Shown piece by piece: positions 1-8,799 of a stretch of DNA of 64,000 nt (the stretch's first letter is position 1; each line of letters starts with the position of its first letter). Below the pieces are notes generated by a model that saw nothing but the letters and a program-made list of their open reading frames with translations, was not told where the DNA came from and did not search any database. The translations under genes and the position numbers were made by a program. The stretch is from an uncultured bacterium (lineage in GTDB: Bacteria > Patescibacteriota > Minisyncoccia > Phycocordibacterales > GWA1-40-21): contig CAIKXY010000005.1 of assembly GCA_903831595.1 (NCBI GenBank), positions 839-64,838 of the forward strand. Reading direction: 5' to 3'.

Positions 1-268
1 TTTGTATGCTTTTCTTTGTTAAAGCTCCGATGAATTTGCTGTAGGTTGTTCCATTTTCTCTTAGCATTGCGTTGATTCTGACATTCCACAATGTTCTGAA
101 ATCTCCCTTTTTGTCTCTTCTGTGGGCAAAAGCGTTTGCTCCTGCGTGCATTAAAGCTTCAATAGCTGCAGCTTCTTTGTTGCGTCTATTCAAACGATAA
201 CCCTTTGTCATTTTAAGGACGTTTCGTCTGCTTTTTGTTTTTAATACACCTCGTTTAACTCTTGTCAT
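1..268 (-). CDS. rplT: 50S ribosomal protein L20 (C-terminal part runs off the window start)
   Basis: Reverse-strand translation starting at the ATG at 266-268 gives MTRVKRGVLKTKSRRNVLKMTKGYRLNRRNKEAAAIEALMHAGANAFAHRRDKKGDFRTLWNVRINA..., a typical L20 N-terminus. It sits in the conserved infC-rpmI-rplT order. It is not in the ORF track because it is truncated by the window edge. Confidence 0.85.
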   Translation of the reverse strand, partial: MTRVKRGVLKTKSRRNVLKMTKGYRLNRRNKEAAAIEALMHAGANAFAHRRDKKGDFRTLWNVRINAMLRENGTTYSKFIGALTKKSIQ

Positions 269-292
269 TGTATTTTAGTATTTATTAATAAT

Positions 293-493
293 TTATTTCT
301 TAGCTTTAAACATCCCTGGTAAGAATCTTGCCTTTGCTTTGTTACTAAAATGTACATCATACATTCTTTTCTTTGCTTGGCTTTGGCTTCTGCTTTCTTT
401 TGCATTAAAATGATCTTGCCCAGCTCTTCTTCCTAGGATTTTTCCATTTTTTGTAACTTTTAATCTTTTTGTAAATGATTTATTTGTTTTCAT
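293..493 (-). CDS. rpmI: 50S ribosomal protein L35
   Basis: 66 aa, MKTNKSFTKRLKVTKNGKI..., basic; matches the L35 family pattern and lies between infC and rplT. Confidence 0.85.
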   Translation of the reverse strand: MKTNKSFTKRLKVTKNGKILGRRAGQDHFNAKESRSQSQAKKRMYDVHFSNKAKARFLPGMFKAKK

Positions 494-534
494 TGTTTTT
501 TTGGCTTTTAACTTTCAAACTTGAAACTTTCTAA

Positions 535-1074
535 CTACTTTTTTGCTCTCTCTATTGTGATTGTGATTCCTTTTGGACCTTTTTGTGGTGTTTCTGCTAT
601 TTTGTATTCTTCTGTAATAAGTTTCAAAATTCTTTCCAATCTTTCATTTAAGAAATTCTTATCTAAAAATTTGCCTCTACCCGAAAGAAAAAGGAGGATT
701 TTTACTCTATGTCCTTCCTTTAGCCACTCTGAAGCTTTTGCGGCTTTCATGATGAGATCATGCTCATCTGTAGCTATTTTCACCTGAACACTCTTAATTT
801 CTATGTTTTGAATCTTAGATTTAGAGTCTTTTAGTTTCTTCTTTTCAGTGTACTGAAATTTACCATAATCCATTATTTTTGCAATAGGAGGGACGGCATT
901 TGGTGATATTTCTATCAAATCTAAACCCATTTCCTCTGCTTTTTTTAAAGCATCACTTGGAGTCATTATACCTAGATTTTGACCGTCATCTGTGATGACG
1001 CGAATCTGAGGAGCTCTTATTTGATGATTTATTCTAACTCTTATTATCAATGTATTGTAATGAATTATGAGCAC
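535..1074 (-). CDS. infC: Translation initiation factor IF-3
   Basis: ...IRAPQIRVITDDGQNLGIMTPSDALKKAEEMGLDLIEISPNAVPPIAKIMDYGKF... matches IF-3 N- and C-domains. The track ORF opens with a non-ATG codon (GTG by my reading); the true start may be one of the nearby ATT/ATA codons, as IF-3 often uses AUU. Confidence 0.85.
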   Translation of the reverse strand: MLIIHYNTLIIRVRINHQIRAPQIRVITDDGQNLGIMTPSDALKKAEEMGLDLIEISPNAVPPIAKIMDYGKFQYTEKKKLKDSKSKIQNIEIKSVQVKIATDEHDLIMKAAKASEWLKEGHRVKILLFLSGRGKFLDKNFLNERLERILKLITEEYKIAETPQKGPKGITITIERAKK

Positions 1075-1077
1075 TAT

Positions 1078-1689
1078 TTATAGCACATTTTCCTTTTTAT
1101 GACAACATATTATTTCCCCAACGGTGAAGCAGATAAAGCCCAAACCAATACCAGCAAGCACATCTGAAGTCCAGTGAACAGAAAGATAGATTCTACTAAA
1201 AGCGACAAGTGGGAATATAATGAAAGTAATTATCTTAAAAATATTTTTTTGAAAGCCATTTTTTATTAGCGGTATTAAGAAAAAGATTGATGACAGAAGG
1301 AAAACAGTGGCGATAGTGGCGTGAGCAGAAGGGAAGCTAAAATCTTGTTCTAAAAATAAGCTTGGGCGGGGTATTTGAGTAATAAGTTTAATTATAAAAG
1401 GTAATAATGTTGCTAGCGCGGTAGCTATTGTAAATCTATAATAATATTTTCTATTCAATAATAATAAAAATAGTCCAAAAATGACAAAAATAATAATTGC
1501 CTCTATTGGATTTAATATTTTTGTAATTGAAAGCATAAATCCAGAAATAGCAGGGGATTGGTGGGCTATCATAAAGTTATTAATTGTATGGTCAAAATTA
1601 ATAACAAAAGAAAACTTGTTTAAAACAAGAAAAGTAATAATCAAAAAAACTGTTGTAAATACACACAGAATTCTTTTTTTATTTTTCAT
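1078..1689 (-). CDS. PAP2-family membrane phosphatase (undecaprenyl-diphosphatase/phosphatidic acid phosphatase type 2-like)
   Basis: Multi-TM protein with the three PAP2 motifs KLITQIPRPS (KxxxxxxRP), FPSAHA (PSGH-like) and SRIYLSVHWTSD (SRxxxxxHxxxD). Confidence 0.6.
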   Translation of the reverse strand: MKNKKRILCVFTTVFLIITFLVLNKFSFVINFDHTINNFMIAHQSPAISGFMLSITKILNPIEAIIIFVIFGLFLLLLNRKYYYRFTIATALATLLPFIIKLITQIPRPSLFLEQDFSFPSAHATIATVFLLSSIFFLIPLIKNGFQKNIFKIITFIIFPLVAFSRIYLSVHWTSDVLAGIGLGFICFTVGEIICCHKKENVL

Positions 1690-1792
1690 TCTTTTATTCT
1701 AGCATAATAATGGGCAAATAATTAAATGGGCCTTTGCTTAATAGCATAAATGTTTATATAATATACTTATTATTATTTATTAAAATAAAAAT

Positions 1793-2359
1793 ATGGGTTT
1801 TGAAAATTATTCACCAAGAGAAGAAGAAATTAGTTTGGCTGAAGATTCTATGACGAAAGAACAAAAAGGTATGGAAAATCAGAGGCAAGCGGATTATGAA
1901 AAGGAGAAAGAGAAGGGAATAAGGGGTGCAAAAAGTTTTAAAGAATTAGTTGATTTTATTGAAAAAATAGATGGGTTACAAGGCTCAGGTAGGTTATACA
2001 AATCAGTCGATTTAATGGGTTCTATTTTAATGGTTAGAGAGGGGAAAGCCGATGTTGCTAGTATTACAAGAGCGGGGGGACTTAGAGAAAAAGTAGTTGA
2101 ATTGCTTGGAAATAAAGAAACAGAAAATATAAAGATTAAAAAAGGACTATCAGGAATAAATAGCATCAATGAATTAAAAGTTTTTTTAAATGAAATGATG
2201 GAGGTTTCTGGTGAAAGAACTGATGATAAGGTGTATAGTGCAAAAAAGTTGATCGGTTATATTGAGCAAGCTGAACTAGGAAGTAAGGGTGACTTAAATG
2301 TAATTCCAAATACAGGTGGATTAAAGGATAAAGTTAAAGAATTATTGAAATACAATTAA
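1793..2359 (+). CDS. Hypothetical charged (Lys/Glu-rich) protein
   Basis: 188-aa ORF followed by an intrinsic terminator. No recognisable motif. Confidence 0.4.
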   Translation: MGFENYSPREEEISLAEDSMTKEQKGMENQRQADYEKEKEKGIRGAKSFKELVDFIEKIDGLQGSGRLYKSVDLMGSILMVREGKADVASITRAGGLREKVVELLGNKETENIKIKKGLSGINSINELKVFLNEMMEVSGERTDDKVYSAKKLIGYIEQAELGSKGDLNVIPNTGGLKDKVKELLKYN

Positions 2360-2360
2360 A

Positions 2361-2389
2361 CTAAAACCGCCTAAAATAGGCGGTTTTAG
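2361..2389 (+). terminator. Rho-independent terminator hairpin
   Basis: ctaaaaccgcctaaaataggcggttttag: GC stem CCGCC/GGCGG with a T-run. Confidence 0.5.
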
Positions 2390-2543
2390 TTTAGCAAAAC
2401 TATTTTGTTAGTCACACTAATTTAGTTGTTTTTTTGTGTATCGTTGTCTGTTCCAGCGCCTGCATTGAAAGTGCTATTTGGCTTTATAAGCGCAATTAAT
2501 CAATGTCTTATATATATTTAATAATTATCCACACTTTCATTAT

Positions 2544-2573
2544 TTGACAATATACCCCCAGGGGGTATTATAT
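2544..2573 (+). promoter_or_regulatory. Sigma70-like promoter with embedded CsoR-type operator palindrome
   Basis: TTGACA (2544-2549), then the perfect 17-nt palindrome ATACCCCCAGGGGGTAT (2552-2568), overlapping a TATTAT/TATACA -10-like hexamer just before the csoR ATG at 2578. Matches the ATACCnnnnGGGGTAT type of CsoR operator described in Firmicutes. Confidence 0.5.
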
Positions 2574-2577
2574 ACAT

Positions 2578-2841
2578 ATGAAACAAACAAAACAAACATT
2601 GATAAGAAGGTTAAAAATCATTGAAGGACAAATAAGAGGATTACAAGATATGCTCTATAAAGATTCATATTGTATCGATGTTATCACCCAAACCTCCGCC
2701 GTAAAAAATGCTCTTTCAGGAATAGAGGATGCGCTTATGGAAAATCATTTAAGTACTTGTGTTATTCATCAAATAAAAAAAGGTAAGGAAAATACAGCGA
2801 TAGAAGAAATTTTAAAAGTATATCGCACAAAAAGAAAATAA
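2578..2841 (+). CDS. csoR: Copper-sensing transcriptional repressor, CsoR/RcnR (DUF156) family
   Basis: 87 aa; LKIIEGQIRGLQDMLYKDSYCIDVITQTSAVKNALSGIEDALMENHLSTC is family-typical, with the Cys...His...Cys (C32/H57/C61) ligand pattern of Cu(I)-sensing CsoR. Confidence 0.7.
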   Translation: MKQTKQTLIRRLKIIEGQIRGLQDMLYKDSYCIDVITQTSAVKNALSGIEDALMENHLSTCVIHQIKKGKENTAIEEILKVYRTKRK

Positions 2842-2842
2842 T

Positions 2843-3448
2843 ATGAAGGAAAATAACAAATGTTGTGTTGAAACAAAATCTAATAAGGGAAACGGCTTAT
2901 TGTCGGGCATTTTGTATGGACTTCTACCACATTCTTTTTGTTTGGCTTTTGCATTCTTTTCAGTTATAGGAGCTATTACAGCAACAGCATTTCTAAAAAA
3001 CGTTTTACTGATTCCAAACATCTTTTTGTATCTTGTTATAATTTCTTTGATTTTAGCTACAGTATCAATATATTTTTATTTACAAAAAACTGATTGTTTG
3101 TGCAAAAGTGGAATTAAAAGTAAATGGAAATATATATCTACTATATATACATCAACAATTATTATTAATCTGGTATTTTTTTATGGTGTGATTCCAATGC
3201 TAGCAAATATAAATTCAAAGACGCAGCTTTCACAAAAGGGATTATCTGAAGTTTCACTAAAAGTAAATATTCCTTGTACTGGGCATTCATTTTTGATCAT
3301 ACAAGAGCTTAGAAAATGTGCTGGTGTAGATGATGTAACGTTTAATGTCCCAAATGTTTTTGATGTTACATATAATAAAAATAATACTTCACCACAGAAA
3401 ATTGCTGCAGCAGAAATTTTTAAAACTTATCCGGTGACAATACAATAA
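2843..3448 (+). CDS. Cys-rich 3-TM membrane protein with C-terminal ferredoxin-like (HMA-like) soluble domain; putative metal transport/handling protein
   Basis: N-terminal CC pair (NKCCVE), a CLC pair in a loop (TDCLCKSG), three predicted TM helices, then a ~90-aa C-terminal domain (VSLKVNIPCTGHSF...ELRKCAGVDDVTFNV...) reminiscent of MerP/CopZ folds. Start overlaps the csoR stop, so it is co-transcribed. Confidence 0.4.
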   Translation: MKENNKCCVETKSNKGNGLLSGILYGLLPHSFCLAFAFFSVIGAITATAFLKNVLLIPNIFLYLVIISLILATVSIYFYLQKTDCLCKSGIKSKWKYISTIYTSTIIINLVFFYGVIPMLANINSKTQLSQKGLSEVSLKVNIPCTGHSFLIIQELRKCAGVDDVTFNVPNVFDVTYNKNNTSPQKIAAAEIFKTYPVTIQ

Positions 3449-3487
3449 AATTAAAGGTCGAATTTAATAAATATTAAACACAAAACA

Positions 3488-3622
3488 ATGGCCGAAGAAA
3501 AAAAGAATAATACATGTAAGTGTCCATGCGATTGCAAATGTGAAGGAAAATGCGAATGTAAATGTGATTGTAAGGAATGTGCATGCAAAGAAAAATGTGA
3601 TCGTGATTGCGGATGCAAATAA
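3488..3622 (+). CDS. Metallothionein-like Cys-rich peptide (44 aa, 15 Cys), not in the ORF track
   Basis: Manual translation: MAEEKKNNTCKCPCDCKCEGKCECKCDCKECACKEKCDRDCGCK*. Consists of Cys-X-Cys repeats. It lies 40 nt after the membrane protein and is followed by a strong terminator. The antisense track ORF 3451..3648 is its shadow. Confidence 0.5.
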   Translation: MAEEKKNNTCKCPCDCKCEGKCECKCDCKECACKEKCDRDCGCK

Positions 3623-3633
3623 TAGGGGAGTAA

Positions 3634-3668
3634 CAAAAAAATCATCAAGCGCTTGATGATTTTTTTAA
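3634..3668. terminator. Bidirectional intrinsic terminator
   Basis: aaaaaaatcatcaagcgcttgatgattttttt: perfect 10-bp stem flanked by A- and T-runs. Serves the + strand metal operon and the - strand nitroreductase gene. Confidence 0.55.
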
Positions 3669-3686
3669 TTGTTTATAAATGAGATT

Positions 3687-4301
3687 TTATCTAAAATCAA
3701 ATAAATCTTTTTCACTAAAGCGAATTTTTGGTGATTTTATGTGAGTATCATTGTCACTTCTATATCCTATTGCTAAACAAAATTTTGGTTCTAGATTTTT
3801 TGGTAAATTTAATACCTTTTTATAATTCTTCGGTTCAAATCCTTCTATTGGGCAAGAATCAACTTTAAGTTCGGCACAAGCAGCCAAAGCAAATCCTAAA
3901 GCTATGTACGCCTGTTTTGCAGACCATTCAGATCCCATTTCTTTTACAAATTTATTAAACTCTTTACGATAGTCATATTCTGGGTCGTTAGTAATTTCTG
4001 TTAGTTTAGCCTCTTCAGCTAATCTCAAAAAATCATCCACTCTTTTTTTAGTGTCTAAATCTGCACTAAAAACTAAAAGATGTGAGCAGGTATCAATCTG
4101 GTCCTGGTTCCAAGCGTATGGTTTCAAAGTTTTTTTGAGTTCCACATTTTCAACAACAGTAATATGATATGGCTGAACACCAAATGCGCTTGGTGTCATG
4201 CGAATTGCCGTTAATATTTTTTCAAAAGTATCAGCGTCTATCTTTTTATCGTTGAACTCTTTTGTAGCATATCTCCAATTTAAATTTTCTATAAAACTCA
4301 T
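3687..4301 (-). CDS. NAD(P)H nitroreductase family protein
   Basis: WRYATKEF, SCPIEGF and overall nitroreductase-fold pattern; 204 aa. Confidence 0.75.
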   Translation of the reverse strand: MSFIENLNWRYATKEFNDKKIDADTFEKILTAIRMTPSAFGVQPYHITVVENVELKKTLKPYAWNQDQIDTCSHLLVFSADLDTKKRVDDFLRLAEEAKLTEITNDPEYDYRKEFNKFVKEMGSEWSAKQAYIALGFALAACAELKVDSCPIEGFEPKNYKKVLNLPKNLEPKFCLAIGYRSDNDTHIKSPKIRFSEKDLFDFR

Positions 4302-4353
4302 GTTTTGATTATAACAAAAAAGTAGTTATGAAAGAAGTTTGTTTTTAATTTTG

Positions 4354-4759
4354 TGGAGATGGGCGGAATCGAACCGCCGTGCAAATGATTGTTTCAAATA
4401 TTTCTACAAAGTCTAGTTGATTTATTTTACCTTGCGGTAATTTAAGATTATAAACTATAAATTAACAAAACATTTATAATCCGATTCTCTTATTTCATTT
4501 TGTGGCGAGAAAACACAAAATATATTCTGAAATTATTGCACTTCAACACCATCGCTCAGAATCAGTGGGTGAAATGTCGCTTAAGCTAAAGCGTAAGCGA
4601 AAGTAAGGTCTTTGACTCCAAAAAATGGAGAAACAATGCCAGCTACTTTTGATGAAATGTTTTTAGCATTTACATTTTCCTTGGTAGATTTAAGAGTTCA
4701 CAAGGTTGCTCTACTTTGCATACAAGAGACTTGACCAATTGTCTAGGCCGATCATCCCC
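4354..4759 (-). ncRNA. ssrA: tmRNA (transfer-messenger RNA)
   Basis: Reverse strand. 5' GGGGATG... pairs with 3' ...GGCGGTTCGATTCCGCCCATCTCCA (canonical T-arm GGTTCGATTCC and acceptor). An internal frame GCT AAA AAC ATT TCA TCA AAA GTA GCT GGC ATT GTT TCT CCA TTT TTT GGA GTC AAA GAC CTT ACT TTC GCT TAC GCT TTA GCT TAA encodes the tag AKNISSKVAGIVSPFFGVKDLTFAYALA*. It lies immediately downstream of smpB. Confidence 0.65.
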
Positions 4760-4760
4760 A

Positions 4761-5207
4761 TTATTCGTTTTTCAACGTCCTATTAATTTCTCTGTCAGAT
4801 TCACGTTTTTTTATTGTTTCGCGTTTATCTGACTTTCTTTTTCCTTTTGCAAGACCAAGTTCTACCTTAATCTTGTGGCCCATATTATACACTGAAAGTG
4901 CCACTATTGTCAAACCGTTTTGATTTTCTTTTCCTGACAAATATCGAAGTTCTTTTTTAGTAAGTAAAAGTTTTCTATTTCTCCTTTCATCATAATCTTT
5001 TGGGGTATTTTTGGGCTGTAGAGAAGTGACGGATGAACCAATTAAAAAAGCTTCTCCTCCGCGAATAACTACATAAGAACCATCAAGTGTCATTTGCCCA
5101 GCTTTAATTGCTTTCACTTCAAATCCTAGCAGTTCAATACCAGCCGTGATTTTTTCAAGGATTTCATAATTGAAATATGCTTTTCTATTTTCTGCGAATT
5201 TGGACAT
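4761..5207 (-). CDS. smpB: SsrA-binding protein SmpB
   Basis: 148 aa; KAYFNYEILEKITAGIELLGFEVKAIKAG...LLLTKKELRYL... is a typical SmpB. Confidence 0.85.
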   Translation of the reverse strand: MSKFAENRKAYFNYEILEKITAGIELLGFEVKAIKAGQMTLDGSYVVIRGGEAFLIGSSVTSLQPKNTPKDYDERRNRKLLLTKKELRYLSGKENQNGLTIVALSVYNMGHKIKVELGLAKGKRKSDKRETIKKRESDREINRTLKNE

Positions 5208-5247
5208 CGTGGTTTAATCTTAACAGAATAGTGGGGAATTGAGAAAT

Positions 5248-5282
5248 AAAAAAAGCGCCAACCTTGCGGTCGGCGCTTAAAG
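5248..5282 (-). terminator. Intrinsic terminator after the GC-rich lipoprotein gene
   Basis: aagcgccaaccttgcggtcggcgctt stem flanked by A/T runs, between the 5307 stop and the smpB start. Confidence 0.4.
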
Positions 5283-5306
5283 ATTTTATACAGTTCTCTA
5301 ACTGTT

Positions 5307-5840
5307 TTAATCTACCGGTAATTTGAAGGGTGAGGTCACTATTCTCGGTTCAATATAAACCGGCAGTACTTTTTTCCCCTTCGGGTCCTTCATCAGAACC
5401 CACGTTCCTTCAGCTGCAGCGGGGGAGAACAGACCATTTGGGTCCGCCTGGGCTATAACATAGTACCCCTGCGAGCTCCGCCATTCGAGCTTCTGCGGAT
5501 TCGTATACTGTGTAGCATACGGAATCCCGTAGCCGATGGTTTCACCCAAATATGTAAGTTTACCCCCGAGTGATGTCCGCCCAGATATTACTGTAGGGTT
5601 CATATTCTCTAGATACGTATAAGTAACTAGAGCATCTTGGTCCCTCAGTTCCAGAATGTCTTTCAGAATTTTTCTTTCTCTGAAGTTCTTGATTGAAGGC
5701 ATGCCGGTTTGTGCCGTTCCTTCCGCCAGCTGCTTTTCTTGCTGTTCTTTCTGTATGTCGTCGCTGGACTTTTGAAAGTCGCAGCCGCTTATAGCAAACA
5801 TAGCTACAAGCATAATTATAATCGTGGTAAACTTTTTCAT
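5307..5840 (-). CDS. Lipoprotein of unknown function (signal peptide plus lipobox AISGC)
   Basis: 177 aa, MKKFTTIIIMLVAMFAISGC... Distinctly higher GC than the neighbouring genes. Confidence 0.5.
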   Translation of the reverse strand: MKKFTTIIIMLVAMFAISGCDFQKSSDDIQKEQQEKQLAEGTAQTGMPSIKNFRERKILKDILELRDQDALVTYTYLENMNPTVISGRTSLGGKLTYLGETIGYGIPYATQYTNPQKLEWRSSQGYYVIAQADPNGLFSPAAAEGTWVLMKDPKGKKVLPVYIEPRIVTSPFKLPVD

Positions 5841-6223
5841 TTTGCCTCCTTTTGGCCAAATGGTATGCTGCTGGTCCTTTCACTCCTCAATTGAAGAATG
5901 AATGACCTGAGATCAGACGGCATCTTGTTTACATCATAATCTGCAGCTCTGTGCAGAATTATTGATGCAAGAGCGTCCTTATGCTCCGGCGCGGCTTTGA
6001 TGTATTCGAACTGCATATTCTGCAGTTCTTGGACCATGCCCTGGTTGTAGGACTTGGTCTGTTCAAAAACCTGCCTTCTTACTCCTTCCTGTGCCGGTGC
6101 AAACACCTTGTACAGGAAGAATTCGTTGCCGGTGGCAATCCATGTCATCGCTAGTACTAAAATAACTAAAGCGACAAACACTTTCACTACATTCTTTACA
6201 GCCTTTTTTTCTTCTGCATCCAT
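5837..6223 (-). CDS. N-terminally membrane-anchored protein of unknown function
   Basis: 128 aa with one TM (VFVALVILVLAMTWIA). Overlaps the lipoprotein gene start by 4 nt, so the two are translationally coupled. Also GC-rich. Confidence 0.45.
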   Translation of the reverse strand: MDAEEKKAVKNVVKVFVALVILVLAMTWIATGNEFFLYKVFAPAQEGVRRQVFEQTKSYNQGMVQELQNMQFEYIKAAPEHKDALASIILHRAADYDVNKMPSDLRSFILQLRSERTSSIPFGQKEAK

Positions 6224-6494
6224 TTTTTTATCCTCCTGCCCGATTGGGCTACTTTCTCAAATAACTTTCGCCTGCCATTATATACCATATTATCAATTTT
6301 GTCAAGTATTTTTTAAAACTATGTTTCGCTTCTTTTAAATATGATAAATAAGTGTTATATTACATTTCTATGGATCCCGTTAGAGATAGGGAATCTCTGA
6401 TTTCCGTCTAGTAAACTGGATTAAAAAGTTAAGCAGTAATTAATGTAATAATTCAGATTAAGGTTCAATACATAACACTTTAATCTCTAACCGG

Positions 6495-8462
6495 ATGGAT
6501 ATTATAAAAAGTAAAAAACCATTAAACAGAAAAACACCAAACAAAAGTAGGATTCCTGGTTTTGGTGGAAGTCCAATGAATTTGCTTACGAAAATCGCAA
6601 ACGCAATTTTGATTATCGTTTTTATTTCCATACTTTATTCAATGATTTTTCCTAGTGGAGATAAGCCAGAGCAAATTTCTCTTTCACAATTATCAAATGA
6701 TATTTCTTCTGGGTTAGTTCAAAAAGTTGAGGTTCAAGGTGATGCTTTAACAATTACTTACAACGCAACTTCAACAGCAACAAGTACAAAAGGTGTCGCA
6801 ATAATTAAAGAATCAAAAAAAGAAGAGGGTGTTGCTTTGACACAGTCGCTTTCAAATTACAAAGTTTCTGAAGTTGCACTTTCAAAGGTAAATATTGATA
6901 TTGGTTCAAGTACAGGTTTTAGTTATTGGTTCATGAATTTGGCCCCATTTATTATTCCTCTGTTATTGATAGGAGTATTTATTTGGATTCTTACAAGACA
7001 GATGAAAGGCGCAGGAGTACAAGCTTTATCTTTTGGGCAATCAAAAGCCAGGGTTATTTTGCCATCAGACAAAAAACAAAGAGTAACTTTTGCAGATGTC
7101 GCTGGAGCAAAAGAAGCAAAAGAAGAATTGGCAGAGGTTGTAGATTTTTTGAAAAATCCTAAAAAGTTTCTTGATATTGGGGCAAAGATTCCAAAAGGCA
7201 TTTTGCTTATGGGTGCGCCAGGAACAGGAAAAACACTACTCGCAAGGGCTGTCGCTGGGGAAGCTGGAGTCGCATTCTTTTCAATTTCTGGTTCTGAATT
7301 CGTAGAAATGTTTGTCGGAATCGGTGCAAGTAGAGTTCGCGACCTTTTCAAAATGGCAAAAAATACCGCTCCATCAATTATTTTTATAGATGAAATAGAT
7401 GCCGTTGGACGAGTACGAGGTGGTGGAATGGGTGGAGGAAATGATGAAAGAGAACAAACATTAAACCAAATTCTTGTCGAGATGGATGGATTTGAACAAA
7501 ATGAAAAAGTTATTGTCATGGCTGCTACAAACAGACCAGATGTTCTTGATTCAGCACTTTTGAGACCAGGCAGATTTGATAGAAGAGTTATAATTGATTT
7601 ACCAGATAGAAGTGATAGAGAGGCGATTTTGAAAGTTCACTCAAAAGAGAAACCATTTGCGGAAGATGTAAATTTGAGAACTATTGCAGAAAGAACACCC
7701 GGTTTTTCTGGAGCTGATTTGTTCTCGCTTATGAATGAAGGTGCAATTCTTGCCGCTCGTGAGGGAAGACAAAAAGTTTCTCAATTTGATCTTATTCGTT
7801 CAATAGAAAAAGTTATGATGGGGCCAGAAAGAAAAAGCCATTTGCTTTCTGCAAAAGAAAAAGAGATTACTGCTTACCACGAAGCTGGCCACGCGCTTGT
7901 TTCGTCGCTTCTTCCTTATGCTGACCCAGTTCATAAAATTTCTATTATCGCTCGTGGACGAGCTGGTGGTTATACTTTACATTTGCCATTTGAAGATAGG
8001 AGATTGCAATCGAAGAAAGAATTTTTGGATGATATTGCAGTTTCACTTGGTGGATATGTTACAGAAAAAATGATTTTCCATGACATTACAACGGGCCCAT
8101 CAAATGATTTACAAGTTTCAACTGCACTTGCGCGAGACATGGTTACAAAATATGGAATGTCTGAAAAAATGGGACCTATTGCACTTGAAGGCGAAGGTGG
8201 AAGAGCAATGTTTGGCCGTGGAGTAAATGATAAAGAGTATTCAGACAAAATAAACGCCGAAATTGACGCTGAAGTTTCTGAAATTATGAATTCAAATATG
8301 AGACGAGCTGAAAAATTAATTACAGACAATAGAAAAGCTCTCGATTCAATTGCAAAGAAATTAATTGAAGTTGAAACAATTGAAAGGGAAGAGTTTGAAA
8401 AACTTCTTGTATTAAATGGAATTGTGCCAAAAAAGAAAGAGAATATTGAACTACAGAAATAA
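6495..8462 (+). CDS. ftsH: ATP-dependent zinc metalloprotease FtsH
   Basis: Walker [27 protein letters not shown] region, zinc-binding HEAGHAL, N-terminal TM helices. The start may instead be the internal Met (MNLLTK, ~6576). Confidence 0.9.
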   Translation: MDIIKSKKPLNRKTPNKSRIPGFGGSPMNLLTKIANAILIIVFISILYSMIFPSGDKPEQISLSQLSNDISSGLVQKVEVQGDALTITYNATSTATSTKGVAIIKESKKEEGVALTQSLSNYKVSEVALSKVNIDIGSSTGFSYWFMNLAPFIIPLLLIGVFIWILTRQMKGAGVQALSFGQSKARVILPSDKKQRVTFADVAGAKEAKEELAEVVDFLKNPKKFLDIGAKIPKGILLMGAPGTGKTLLARAVAGEAGVAFFSISGSEFVEMFVGIGASRVRDLFKMAKNTAPSIIFIDEIDAVGRVRGGGMGGGNDEREQTLNQILVEMDGFEQNEKVIVMAATNRPDVLDSALLRPGRFDRRVIIDLPDRSDREAILKVHSKEKPFAEDVNLRTIAERTPGFSGADLFSLMNEGAILAAREGRQKVSQFDLIRSIEKVMMGPERKSHLLSAKEKEITAYHEAGHALVSSLLPYADPVHKISIIARGRAGGYTLHLPFEDRRLQSKKEFLDDIAVSLGGYVTEKMIFHDITTGPSNDLQVSTALARDMVTKYGMSEKMGPIALEGEGGRAMFGRGVNDKEYSDKINAEIDAEVSEIMNSNMRRAEKLITDNRKALDSIAKKLIEVETIEREEFEKLLVLNGIVPKKKENIELQK

Positions 8463-8468
8463 ATTACT

Positions 8469-8495
8469 AAAGGCGGTCACTTCTGACCGCCTTTA
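8469..8495 (+). terminator. Intrinsic terminator after ftsH
   Basis: aaaggcggtcacttctgaccgccttta: perfect stem GGCGGTCA/TGACCGCC. Confidence 0.5.
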
Positions 8496-8799
8496 TCCTT
8501 TCTGGGTGTACCTGGCCCCATTTTTTTGAAGCCAGTGTACCAATTTTTTGCTGTTATCTCTTGAAAAATCACCCGAAAGGGTATCCTCATTTACAAAAAT
8601 AATTCTTAAAGGAAAAATATTTTCTTTCATTTGAAACTCAAACAATTTTTCAATATTTCCGTTTATTGTAATTTCTACAATAAACTCATCTGTTAAAAAA
8701 GATACACAAAAAGTTGTGTTGAGCATAATTCCTCCTATGATAATGAAAGGACAGTTCTTTGAAATACTAACACAAAATAAATGTTTTGTTACTTAAAAT

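Noticed and set aside
3451-3648. Track ORF on the minus strand (65 aa, His/Ser/Leu-rich)
   Set aside because: It is the antisense shadow of the + strand Cys-X-Cys metallothionein-like ORF. Its TGC/TGT codons read as GCA/ACA-His/Leu repeats on the other strand. The + strand ORF has the RBS, operon context and terminator.
6923-8329. Antisense and alternate-frame ORFs inside ftsH (6923..7519 -, 6926..7162 +, 7970..8329 -)
   Set aside because: Embedded in a confidently identified, motif-rich FtsH CDS; no independent signals.
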